Shown: one piece after another, positions 54,713-64,000 of the stretch
Layout: every line of letters begins with the position of its first letter
Position numbering within the stretch: position 1 is the stretch's first letter
Assembly (NCBI GenBank): GCA_025558095.1
Contig: JAIVFI010000012.1
Coordinates: 248,001 to 312,000 of the forward strand
Source: Hyaloraphidium curvatum SAG 235-1
Lineage: Eukaryota > Fungi > Monoblepharomycota
Length of the DNA stretch: 64,000 bases
Reading direction: 5' to 3'
The notes under the pieces: generated by a model
What the model saw: only the letters and a program-made list of their open reading frames with translations
Told to the model about the DNA's origin: nothing
Databases searched by the model: none
Translations under genes and position numbers: made by a program

Positions 54713-56491
54713 TGCGGTTGGGTGCGATGTGGCGGGGGGAGGTTCGAATGAAGTGTGCTTTGCGTGGAGTCGGCGAGGGAAGGGTGGGAGTTGAAATAGT
54801 CGGAGCCGAACGGGGCGGAGTGCCCTTTCACGTGAGACATGTGATACTGGTTCACGTCCGCAGCTTCCCAACTTCTCGCGCCCAGTTCCCCAACGATCTC
54901 AAAATCAGACTGCGTATGACTTGTATCGCTCGATCCGGGATGAAATTTGGGTATCAGCTCCCCGACGACAAGGTCAGTGGCGCCGAGAAGCCGCGACCAG
55001 CACGCCATTCAGCTCGATCGCGCCCCCGGATCCTCCCATCAGATGCCATCAGAGTCTATTCTATCTGCATTTTACGGGGAAGGCACAGTTTTGGGCCTCG
55101 CGGGCGCTTTCGATCGCGCTGGGTTGCGGGCCGCGTTGGCCTGTGACGGCGGCCCAAGTCGCGCCGCTGCCGACCGTCGGCCTCTCCGCCCCGGCGATTT
55201 GGAAATTTCACTGGCTTTCGCAGCGACTTCGCGAGGCCCGGTGAACCCGCGCCTGCCGGGACCGGTTGCCGCGGACCCTGGGCACGCAGACTCCTTGTGG
55301 GGGACGGAAACGAGTCCGATAGACGCGGTGCAGTCAGCCCCTCGTGTTGGCACTCCGGACGGGGAAGCGGCCGGAGGTGCCGACCACCCGCCCTGACTGC
55401 TTCGCTGGTGCCCGGCCCGCAAGCGCTCCCTCTCCCGCACACCGTCCATCTCGCCGCCGTCCGCGCCCCGGGAGACAACCTGCCGCGGTCCTCGGTGCCG
55501 CAGCCGACTGCGATGCGATCATGGTCTGCGCGAGGTCCTTTGTCGCCGAGTCGGTCGGGGGCAGCTTCACGCAGAGGACGTGCACCAGTGAGGGCTTGGT
55601 GGTGGCTTAATCGGCCCGCGAGAGACGTTGCCAGCAGTCTTCATTCAACATGCTTTGTCTGATGTTCATCGTTCAGTTACCATACTTTGTCGTTCTGGGA
55701 GTCTGGGGTCCTTGTTTCGATCGCCATCCTTTGTCGTGCGGGAGCCTTTCGGAAGACACGGTGCTCCGCCCTGGTGGAGCCGGGCAACACCTCGGTAGGC
55801 CCGTGGGCGTCGAGCTTCTTCTTTCATTTCGAGACTCTTCTCTTCTGAAACACAGTGTGCCTCCCTTCCGGCGGGTCCGCCGCGCCGCCGCGCGGATGAA
55901 TACGTCAGCCGCAAGCGCCTCTGAGGCGGCGCAGCGGATGCGCCCGCCTACTATTTGGCGAGGACACGGACGGCTAGGTCCGGAGCGCTCCGCTGTTCTC
56001 GAGGCCCTCGCGGCAGTCCGGTCTGCCCGTCCCTGCCGTCGCCGACGCGGAGCTCGGAGCGCCGGCCGTCCGACGAGCCTGGACCGCTGGACCGGCCGCC
56101 GCTGCGCCCACCGGAGAGACGGATGGATCGGCGCGCCGGGGGCCACGGAGCAGCCGGAAACACGCGCCCTGGGGACGAGGCGGTGCCGAGGATGGACATT
56201 CCGGGCCGCGATCCGCGACGATACGAGAAAAACGCCCGTTTTCTCCACGGCGGTGGGTTTTGATCTGGCTGGGCACAAGCGGCACGCATTCGGCGGACGG
56301 ACATCGACCGCACCATCCCAGCGGCGCGGCTGCTGTGGCGGACGCGTCTTCCGCCGCCGTTGCCGGCATGATCCGGGGCTTCCTTGCGTCTGCGGAGCAC
56401 GGCGGCCCAATTGCTGGACCCACGAAAAAATGCAGGTGGGTGCCGGCGCCCTTCCTGCGCACGAAACTCGCCAAACCACCACGGACCGCCC

Positions 56492-57587
56492 ATGCCCGCC
56501 ACCCGCCGGATCCGCCTCCTCCTCGCCGCCGCGGCGCTTGCGCTCCTCGCCGCGCGGCCCGCATCGTGGGCGCCGCGCCGCCGCCGCCGCGCGGGCACCG
56601 CTGACGCTCAGGCACCGCAGGTCGGCCCCCGCGGGCGCCGCAGGCCAGCTCCAGACAGCCGCGGCCTCGTCGCAGCTCGCCGACAAGGGCGAGAACGTGG
56701 TGTTCCGGAGGTCGTGTGCCGGCTGCCCCGAGGACTCGTACTGTGGGTTCCCGCCTTGCGCGCCCCGCCCCTGGCGCCGCTCAGCCGCGTCGGGCGGCGG
56801 CTCCGCGCGAGGCAAATAGCTGACCTGCGATCCTCGATTGGCTTTTCCTCCCTTGCGACCCGCGCGCCGACGTGCCGCCCTCGGATCCCCCCTCCCATCG
56901 TCGACAGGCGAATATGGCTACGCAGGCAGCGAAGGCGGCGTTGCTTGCGTGTCCTACCAGCTCAAGAACCACCTGTACCGCCGCTACGCGCCCCCAGACG
57001 AGGGTCCGAACTGCCAGAGAAACATCCTTGTCGGACCCGGTATCAATCCGTGCTCGAACGGGGGCACCTGCGTCAACGCCACGGGGACCGGGTTGGGCTT
57101 CACCTGCTCCTGCGCCACGGATTACACAGGGGGCCGTGCGTACCTGACAGCCGCCCCTCCGCCCCGGGAAGCTCAACCAGCCGTGCCATCGCCCCGCAGT
57201 GTGCCAGTCGACGATCAACTACTGCCTGCTCGCCACGTGCAAGAACGGCGCCACGTGCACCGTGCTCATCACCCGCCCCTTCTACTCCTGGTGGGCCTGA
57301 CCTGTACTATACGCCGGAAATACCTCTGACCTGCCCACCGCAGCCAATGCCAGCCTGCCTTCCGGGGCACCAACTGCGAGGAGCAATACTTTGTCCCCCC
57401 TTCCGGGGGAACCGGCAACTATGGCGACGCCGAGGTCTGCGCGAGGTACTTTGTCGTCTCGGCGACCGGAACCTTCGTCCAGAGGGCGTGCACCAAGTTC
57501 GGATCGACTCAATACGTCTACGACACCGTATCGCGGCGGTGCGTGGCTCCATCGATCAATACGGTGACGATGCAGGGATGCAGGTGA
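56492..57587 (+). CDS. Secreted protein with two EGF-like repeats and a C-terminal CBM14/peritrophin-like Cys module, about 5 exons
   Basis: Signal peptide; introns 56566-56620, 56743-56907, 57136-57199 and 57291-57343. EGF1 C..NPCSNGGTC..FTCSCATDYTGGLC; EGF2 NYCLLATCKNGATC..YSCQCQPAFRGTNC. Confidence 0.82.
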
Positions 57588-57789
57588 TCGCACGCGGAGG
57601 AGCGGGGTGTCACTCGGGGGAAACCACGATTCTGGGCCATCATTTCCCCATGCTTTGTCATTGCAGCCTTTGGGAAACACATTGTTGCGCCCCGGCGGGC
57701 CGGGAAAGGCGTGTATGTGCTGCGCGGCAATACACGGGTGTACCATTATGGCTAGCACGTCCGTCGGATGCGGATCGCCAGCGGAAGCA

Positions 57790-59169
57790 TCACAGCTCGC
57801 CGTGTGCGCCGCCATCCAAGCCCGGGAACACCGGATGCCCCAACACGTGGTCCACCGCGTCCCCCAGCAGCCCCAGGAACGCTTTCTCGGAGACCGCGTA
57901 GTTCCAGTACTTTTCCTCCCCCAGCCTCGCCTCGTCCGGCCCGGGCTCCTTCCGCACGATGTTCCCCGGGCCCCCCGCGGCGTACCCCAGCCCCAGCAGC
58001 CGGCTCAGGTCGCGGAAGCACCGGTCCCCGGCGTCGTACAGCTCGACGACGGCGGCCCAGGGGGGCAGGAACAGCGCGTGGGCGAGGCCGGCGCCGTGGA
58101 TGCCCGCGAGCACGTCGGCGGTGCTGGTCAGGCGGACCTGGTCCTCGAACGGCACGCGCTCGCCGAAACCGAAGCGGGCGACGAGCAGTTCCGCGCGGGG
58201 GAAGCGGCGGCGGGCGGCGGCGGCCAGGTCGGCCTCGTTGAGGAGGCGTCGCGTGGGGCCGGAGCGGGAGAGGAGCACGATCTTCAGTTTTGCGCGGGGA
58301 CGGCGGCGTTCGGCTGCGATGCGGTTGCCGAACAGCGCCGCAAGCTGGGCGCGCGAGTACGCCGGCAGGAAGCTGCCCGGGCCCGCGCGGCACCCGGACG
58401 GCACGGGCTGGTTGTAGAAAAAGGTGAACAGCGAGCGCGGCTTGACGGCAAAGACCACACGGTCGAAGCACAGCGTCCGGTTCGCGTGCTCGGAGAGGTG
58501 GATGAGCGGTTCGGTCGTGAAGAGCGCGTGCAGCGCGTCGAACGGCGAGCCCACGTAGAAGGCGTTCGGCTCGTGGTAGAGGACACGCATGGCGTCGGGG
58601 GGCTCGTCCTGCAGGCCGACGGCCCACAGCGACAGGTACAGGTTCGGGAAATCGCACAGCTTGTGGTACACGCTGGCCGGCGAGTCGCCGTGCGTGGCCA
58701 TCACGGTCTTTGAGAACAATGTGTCGCACTTTGGAGGCGGCGTGAGGCGGAACCTGCCGAGCTCCCCGACCCAGTTGCCCAGCTCGAACGGCGACCGCGT
58801 CGGCGGTGGGTAGTCCGGGTCCAGGTTGCACGCCCCGCGGGCGCCGACCGTCCCATCGCCCGAGATCCACACGTGGCGGGCGTCGCAGAGCGTCATGTCG
58901 GCGTTGCAGCGGAGCGATGTGCGGCCCTCGCGGAGGTCCCCTCTGCAGTACTCGCGTACGGCGCCCGCACGGGCCGCGGCGCCCCAGTCGCAGATGTTCC
59001 ACCACCGAGCGCCACTCGCGGGGTCGGAGCAGCGCGCGCCGGCGGCCTCCATGCCGGGCTCGGGGCCGACAAGCGGCGCGGCTGCCTCCGCCGGCAGCGC
59101 CCCCGCCGGCAGTGCCCCCGCCAGCACTGCGGCGCCCGCCAACGCCGCGGCCGCAAGGACCCGCAGCAT
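57790..59169 (-). CDS. EOGT: EGF-domain-specific O-GlcNAc transferase (GT61), EOGT-like
   Basis: Signal peptide; YHKLCDFPNLY, LCFDRVVFAVKPR, FYNQPVPSGC, GIHGAGLAHALFLPPWAAVVELY..DRCFRDLSRLLG, KYWNY, DHVLGHP; C-terminal HGEL (HDEL-like). Confidence 0.85.
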   Translation of the reverse strand: MLRVLAAAALAGAAVLAGALPAGALPAEAAAPLVGPEPGMEAAGARCSDPASGARWWNICDWGAAARAGAVREYCRGDLREGRTSLRCNADMTLCDARHVWISGDGTVGARGACNLDPDYPPPTRSPFELGNWVGELGRFRLTPPPKCDTLFSKTVMATHGDSPASVYHKLCDFPNLYLSLWAVGLQDEPPDAMRVLYHEPNAFYVGSPFDALHALFTTEPLIHLSEHANRTLCFDRVVFAVKPRSLFTFFYNQPVPSGCRAGPGSFLPAYSRAQLAALFGNRIAAERRRPRAKLKIVLLSRSGPTRRLLNEADLAAAARRRFPRAELLVARFGFGERVPFEDQVRLTSTADVLAGIHGAGLAHALFLPPWAAVVELYDAGDRCFRDLSRLLGLGYAAGGPGNIVRKEPGPDEARLGEEKYWNYAVSEKAFLGLLGDAVDHVLGHPVFPGLDGGAHGEL

Positions 59170-59309
59170 CGCGTCCGAACTAGCTTCAAGGGTTCCGACG
59201 ATGACATGCAGGGCTCGAAGGGCCAACCACGCTGCACGGACGCGCGATCGACGTGAGTGATCGACGAGGGCGTCCCATTATTTGCTTGTGCTAGCGGGGC
59301 GGGGCCTCC

Positions 59310-61619
59310 ATGGCGCGGCCCGAGGCGTCGTCGCAGCTGCTGCTTGCGCTGCTGCTGCTGTCCGTGCTGGGGATTCTGGCCGGCGGCCTCCGCGGCGAGC
59401 CGTCGCGGCGCGTGCTCCTTCCCCTCGGCGAGCGCGGGCCGCGGTTCCGCCGTGCCGACGCGTTTCTGAACAAACTGCGCGACGACGTTGCGGCGGCGGG
59501 GGACGCGGACGACGACGGCGGCGATGGCGAAGGGGGGCCGCCCGTGGCCGCGTCGCTGGCGCCCGACGGCTCGGTGGTGCTGCGCGTCGGCGCCGGCCTG
59601 CCGCACCCGCTGTCGGCGGACGCCATTTCGCGCGCCCTGGACGCCGCCAAGGGGGAGATTGCGCGTCTGCTCGCGGGGAAGCCGGGGAACGTGGTGGTGC
59701 GGACAGAGACCAACTTTGCGTCCCAGATGGAGCTCGGCACGCCCACGCTGGAGACCGTGACCGAAGAGTGCCTGGTGTGGGTCAACGGTACGGGCATGGA
59801 AAGTGCGGAATATGTGGCCCAGGACGGCGCAGAGGGGGTGGAACCGGAAGACGGGTCCGGCTTTTGCGCGGTCTACGCGGCCCTGCGAGGTGAGGACGAG
59901 GAGGACGGCCTGCTCTACATTGGCGATTTCGAGGACGGCGCGTCCATGGAGTACGCGCCGCTGCCGGTCGCCGATCCGCCGCTGAGCATCAAGCCGGACC
60001 TGCCGTTCGGCTCGCCCTCGTGGCTGGAGCACTTCCGCGCCAAAATCCGCGAGATGTTCTTCCACGCCTTTGGCGCCTACCTGCAGCACGCCTACCCCAA
60101 GGACGAGCTGCGCCCGCTCTCGTGCGCGGGCGAGGACAACTTTGGCGGCACCCAGGCCACGCTGATCGACTCGCTCGACACCCTCGCGGTGCTCGGCGAG
60201 TGGGACCTGCTGCGCTCGTGCCTCTCGCTCGCCCGCTCGGCGAGCTTCGACGGCGACGCCGACGTCTCGGTCTTCGAAACCAACATCCGCATCCTGGGCG
60301 GCCTCCTCTCGGCGCACCTGGCCGCGCAGCGCGGCGTTCCGGGCTACTCTGGCCACCTGCTTTCCCAAGCTCACGACCTCGGCCGCCGCCTGCTCCGCGC
60401 CTTCGCCTCCAGCAGCACCGGCATGCCCTACGGCACCGTCAACCTGCGCACGGGGATCAAGCGCGGCGAGACCGAGAGCACCTGCACCGCGTGCGTGGGC
60501 ACCTACGCGCTCGAGTTTTCCTGGCTGAGCCTGCTCACGGGGGACGCCTCGTTCGAGCGGGCCTCGCGCCGCGCGGTGCGCGCGCTGGCGAGGTCGGCCA
60601 CGCCGCTGGGGCTGTACGGGGGCCACGTCAACATCACCTCGGGCGAGTGGATCCACGCCGAGGCGTCCGTGGGCGCGGATTCGGACTCGTTCTACGAGTA
60701 CCTCTTCAAGGCGCACTTTGCATTCGCGGACGAGGCCGAGTACGGTCCCATCGCCGCCGCCGCGCTGGAAGGCATCCGGACGCACCTCAAGAAGGGCGTC
60801 TGGCACTTTGACGTGCACGCCTCCAACGGGCAGACCGTCTTTCCCTGGCACCACTCGCTCGCCGCCTTCTTCCCCGGGCTCAAGGTCCTCCGCGGGGACC
60901 TCCTCGAGGCGCAGGACGAGCTCTGGTCCAGCCGCATGATCATGGACCGCTGCGGCGGCTTCCTACCCGAGCAGTTCGACCTCCGCTCCGCCTCCCCGGT
61001 CGCGGGGAGGTCGCACTACCCCCTGCGCCCCGAGTTCGCCGAGAGCGCGTGGGCGCTGCACCGCGCCACGCGCGACCCGTGGCTGCTGGACTGGGCCGCG
61101 CGGTTCGCGGCGGACCTGGACACGCGGACTAGGGTGGGCTGCGGGTTCGCGGGGCTCGCGGACGTCGGCACGGGGGAGCTGGCGGACAGGATGGACAGCT
61201 TCCTGCTCAGCGAGACGCTCAAGTACCTCTACCTGGTCTTCGACGCGGGGAACGAGTACAACGGCCCGCCCAACGGGCGCGACTGGGTGTTCACGACCGA
61301 GGCGCACCCGCTGCCCGTGACGGACAGGCGGGGCTGGCGCGGCGGGCGGTGGGTCGGGGTGGACCGGCGCAGGCGCAAAAGGCGCGCGGGCCCGGAATCC
61401 CCGCCGCCGCCGCCCGCGCCGCCGTTCAGCGACCCGGGCACGCGCACGTTCGAGAGCCCGGCCATGGTCTCGGCGATCCACGCCGAGTCGGTGGGGGCGT
61501 ACAGGGAGCGCAGCCGCGCCGCGTGGGAGGCGGGGGTGTGTTTGTACGACGAGTGGGTGGAGGCGACGCACGGAAGGATATGGGGGCGGACGGTGGGGGG
61601 AATGAGGATCAGGGGGTGA
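59310..61619 (+). CDS. GH47 EDEM/Htm1-type alpha-1,2-mannosidase-like protein
   Basis: EMFFHAFGAYLQHAYPKDELRPLSC, SVFETNIRILGGLLSAH, DSFYEYL, YPLRPEFAES, MDSFLLSETLKYLYL, FTTEAHP. Confidence 0.93.
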   Translation: MARPEASSQLLLALLLLSVLGILAGGLRGEPSRRVLLPLGERGPRFRRADAFLNKLRDDVAAAGDADDDGGDGEGGPPVAASLAPDGSVVLRVGAGLPHPLSADAISRALDAAKGEIARLLAGKPGNVVVRTETNFASQMELGTPTLETVTEECLVWVNGTGMESAEYVAQDGAEGVEPEDGSGFCAVYAALRGEDEEDGLLYIGDFEDGASMEYAPLPVADPPLSIKPDLPFGSPSWLEHFRAKIREMFFHAFGAYLQHAYPKDELRPLSCAGEDNFGGTQATLIDSLDTLAVLGEWDLLRSCLSLARSASFDGDADVSVFETNIRILGGLLSAHLAAQRGVPGYSGHLLSQAHDLGRRLLRAFASSSTGMPYGTVNLRTGIKRGETESTCTACVGTYALEFSWLSLLTGDASFERASRRAVRALARSATPLGLYGGHVNITSGEWIHAEASVGADSDSFYEYLFKAHFAFADEAEYGPIAAAALEGIRTHLKKGVWHFDVHASNGQTVFPWHHSLAAFFPGLKVLRGDLLEAQDELWSSRMIMDRCGGFLPEQFDLRSASPVAGRSHYPLRPEFAESAWALHRATRDPWLLDWAARFAADLDTRTRVGCGFAGLADVGTGELADRMDSFLLSETLKYLYLVFDAGNEYNGPPNGRDWVFTTEAHPLPVTDRRGWRGGRWVGVDRRRRKRRAGPESPPPPPAPPFSDPGTRTFESPAMVSAIHAESVGAYRERSRAAWEAGVCLYDEWVEATHGRIWGRTVGGMRIRG

Positions 61620-61760
61620 GGCGGGGCGGGCGGTCGGGCCGAAGAGGTTGCTTGTAGGGGGAAAGCACGCCACCGTTCGGCTGATACAAGCCCGCTGACT
61701 CGGAGACGATTCCCCGCTTCTCCATGGCTTACATGGAGCAGGGGTAAGACCCACGGATAA

Positions 61761-64000
61761 TCACTCGGCCTTGGCCTCTGCCTTGGCCTCGGACCCGTTC
61801 TCCGCCTTCCGCTTCTTCTTCTTGGCTTTCTTGCCGTGCTTCCCCTTCCTGGCGACCGGCAGCGGGTGCGCCTCGGTGTTGAACACCCACTCGTCCAGCG
61901 GCAGCAGGTCGTCGTCCGCAAAGGTGAGCAGCAGGTACTTCATCGTCTCGGCGATGAAGAAGCTCTCCTGCAGGTCCACGTGCGGCAGCCCGGCGTCCGA
62001 AAAGTCCATCTCCCCCGGATCCTCCAGCTTCGCCCGCTCCTTGGTCCCGATCCGGATCCCGCCGTCGGTACTCACGTCCGACAACCCCGCGTAGCCGTCC
62101 GGGGTTGCGCACCACGTCTGGATGGCGCGCATGATCTGCCACGCCCAGTCGCGGTACCGCTGCTCGTGGGTCAGGCGCCACATGTAGAAGATGCTCTCGA
62201 CGGTCTCGGGGCGGAGGAGGTACTGCCGAGCGTACGATGAGGGGAAGGGGCGCAGATGGGGGCCGGAAAAGTCGATGACTTCCGGTCCGATGCCCGTCGC
62301 TGGCGATTGAGGACGAAATCAGCCCTTCGGAACGGCGAGCAACGGGGGAGGATGCCCACGTTGGTCCGCGTACGAATCCCGGCACGTCTTGGTGAACCCC
62401 TCCCCCCACCGGAACAGCTTCTCCTGCTCCGCCTTCCCCTTTGCGTCCTTGCCCTCCCACGTGCGCGCACCGAGCGCCAACGTCCCCCCCATGAAGCACG
62501 CCAGGTGCTCCAGCGACGAACCCCCGCCCCCTGCGGGCCCGTCGGGGAAATATGTGAGCACGCGGCCGTCCTTAGTCACGTTGCGGCCCAAGTGGGCGAC
62601 GATGGAGACGGCGGCCTCATCCCAAGCCTCGCGGAGGTGCGATTCCGAGGCGTCCTTGCCCGAGAGGAGCCACTGCTTGAGGAGGTACTCGTAGAACGAG
62701 TCGACGCCGCCCCCGATCTTGTAGTTTTCTGCGGAGGAGCGGGGATCAGAGGCAGCCGGCATTCGCACGACGGGAGCACCCACGTTCGTAAACCCACGAC
62801 GGGCTCATCCCCATCGCCGCGCTTATCCCCGGCATGATCTTGAACGGGTACAGCCCCTTGACCTTGAGCTGCTTCCTCAGCTGCATGAGCTGCGAGTTTG
62901 CCCCCTCCACCCTCGCCGAGTACTTGCGCCCCTCCTTGCCGCCCACCGCCCTCGCCAGGTACGTGAACTCGAGCTGGAACGTGCCCACCTCGGCCAGGCC
63001 GAGGCCGCCGCCCATCCACCCCAAGGGGGCCGCGGAGCCGTCGCGGAGGTTGACCTGGCCCATGGGGAGGCCGGCGCCGGACTCGGTGAAGGCGCCCGAG
63101 AGGCGGTCGGCGAGGTCGCGCGCTTTGGAGAGGAGGCCGGGGTCGGAGGTGAGGGCGTAGGCGGAGAGGAGGCCGCCGAGCTGGCGGATGGTGGTCTCGA
63201 AGAAGGAGACCAGGACGGGCTTCAAGGGCGGAATCAGCGAGGGGCAGACATGCGAGCAAAGAGGCGACCCACGGCATTGGGGTCGAAGGTGTCGACGAGT
63301 TTGCGCGCCTCCTCGTACTCGGCCTTGAGCCCGGCCAGCCAGAGCGTGTCGAGCGAGTCGATGGGCGTGTTGAGCAGCGGGTAGTTGCGCGAGTACCAGT
63401 TCCTGGGTCCCTTTTGCATCGGATACAGGTCGTCTGCGCCCTTGGCGTAGCGCATGTACGAGCCCCAGGCGTGCTTGATCATGGTGCGTGCGTAGGTGAG
63501 GTTGGCGGGGTCGCAGAGCGGGGTGTGGCAGCCCGTGGGTCCGGCGAGCTCCGGAAATTCGGAGGTGGGGTAAGGTGGGCCGCCGGCGCGGGGCTCTGTG
63601 CGCCCGGGCGCGGGGCGGGGGCCCGGAGGGGCGAAATGGGGCTGCTGCTTCGAGACCGCGGCGCCCGAGAGCCTGTCCACGATATCCTGCGCGTTCGGCA
63701 GGCCCTCGAAGATGGGCTCGGCCATCTTGATCTTGGGCGGGCCCTTGCCCTCGGCGTCTGCGCCGCCGGCCTCCTCCGCGCCGCCGGCGTGCTCGGACCC
63801 GTCTGCCTTGCCGCCGTCGCCCCCGCCGTACGCGCCGGGCTTCTTCCCCTTGCGCTCCTTCTCCGCGTTTTTCAGCTCGCTGCGGTCCTTCTTGCGGCGC
63901 GCCTCCCACTCCTTGCGCAGCGCGTCGCCCTTTCCCGGCTTTGGCGACAGGATGATGCCGTCGCGCGCGCCCCGCTCGTCGTCGCCTTTATCGGCCTTGC
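61761..64000 (-). CDS. GH47 class I mannosyl-oligosaccharide alpha-1,2-mannosidase, multi-exon, 5' end outside window
   Basis: HAWGSY, IDSLDTL, SFFETTIRQLGGLLSAY, LAEVGTFQLEF, DSFYEYLLK, HLACF, YLLRPETVES, QESFFIAETMKYL, FNTEAHP. Confidence 0.93.

Noticed and set aside
54900-56450. Long GC-rich ORFs in the region upstream of the EGF gene
   Set aside because: No codon bias or motifs; treated as intergenic or UTR.
1-64000. Prokaryotic origin, CRISPR arrays, rRNA/tRNA genes, telomeric repeats
   Set aside because: Spliceosomal introns throughout; no regularly spaced repeats or RNA-gene signatures were seen by eye.

Overview
GC-rich, gene-dense eukaryotic genomic DNA with about 36 protein-coding loci. 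Many carry short (about 50-70 bp) GT-AG introns with CTGAC/CTAAC-like branch points. The gene content (CBM1-GH45 cellulase, FAT1, GIR2, GH47s, Ty3/gypsy relic) and intron style suggest an early-diverging, chytrid/monoblepharid-like fungus; this is inference. Most long ORFs in the supplied track are GC-driven antisense or shadow frames, so gene models were rebuilt by hand across introns. All family assignments come from motifs recognised by eye; no searches were run. Highlights: (1) an animal-type EGF-domain O-GlcNAc transferase (EOGT) lies tail-to-tail with a multi-exon secreted protein with two Notch-type EGF repeats that carry EOGT-like and POFUT1 consensus sites, next to two GH47 ER/Golgi mannosidases; (2) an intact DEG/ENaC/ASIC-family channel; (3) three members of a 7-TM family with the topology and TM7 signature of the insect Gr/Or-DUF3537 ion-channel superfamily, two forming an inverted duplication; (4) a canonical Ser/Thr kinase with an apparent signal peptide; (5) several bacterial-looking genes (VOC, nucleotidyltransferase, GH110-like, PQQ sugar dehydrogenase-NPCBM, DUF5710). 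Several 1-2 bp frameshifts may be assembly errors. No rRNA, tRNA or CRISPR array was seen.
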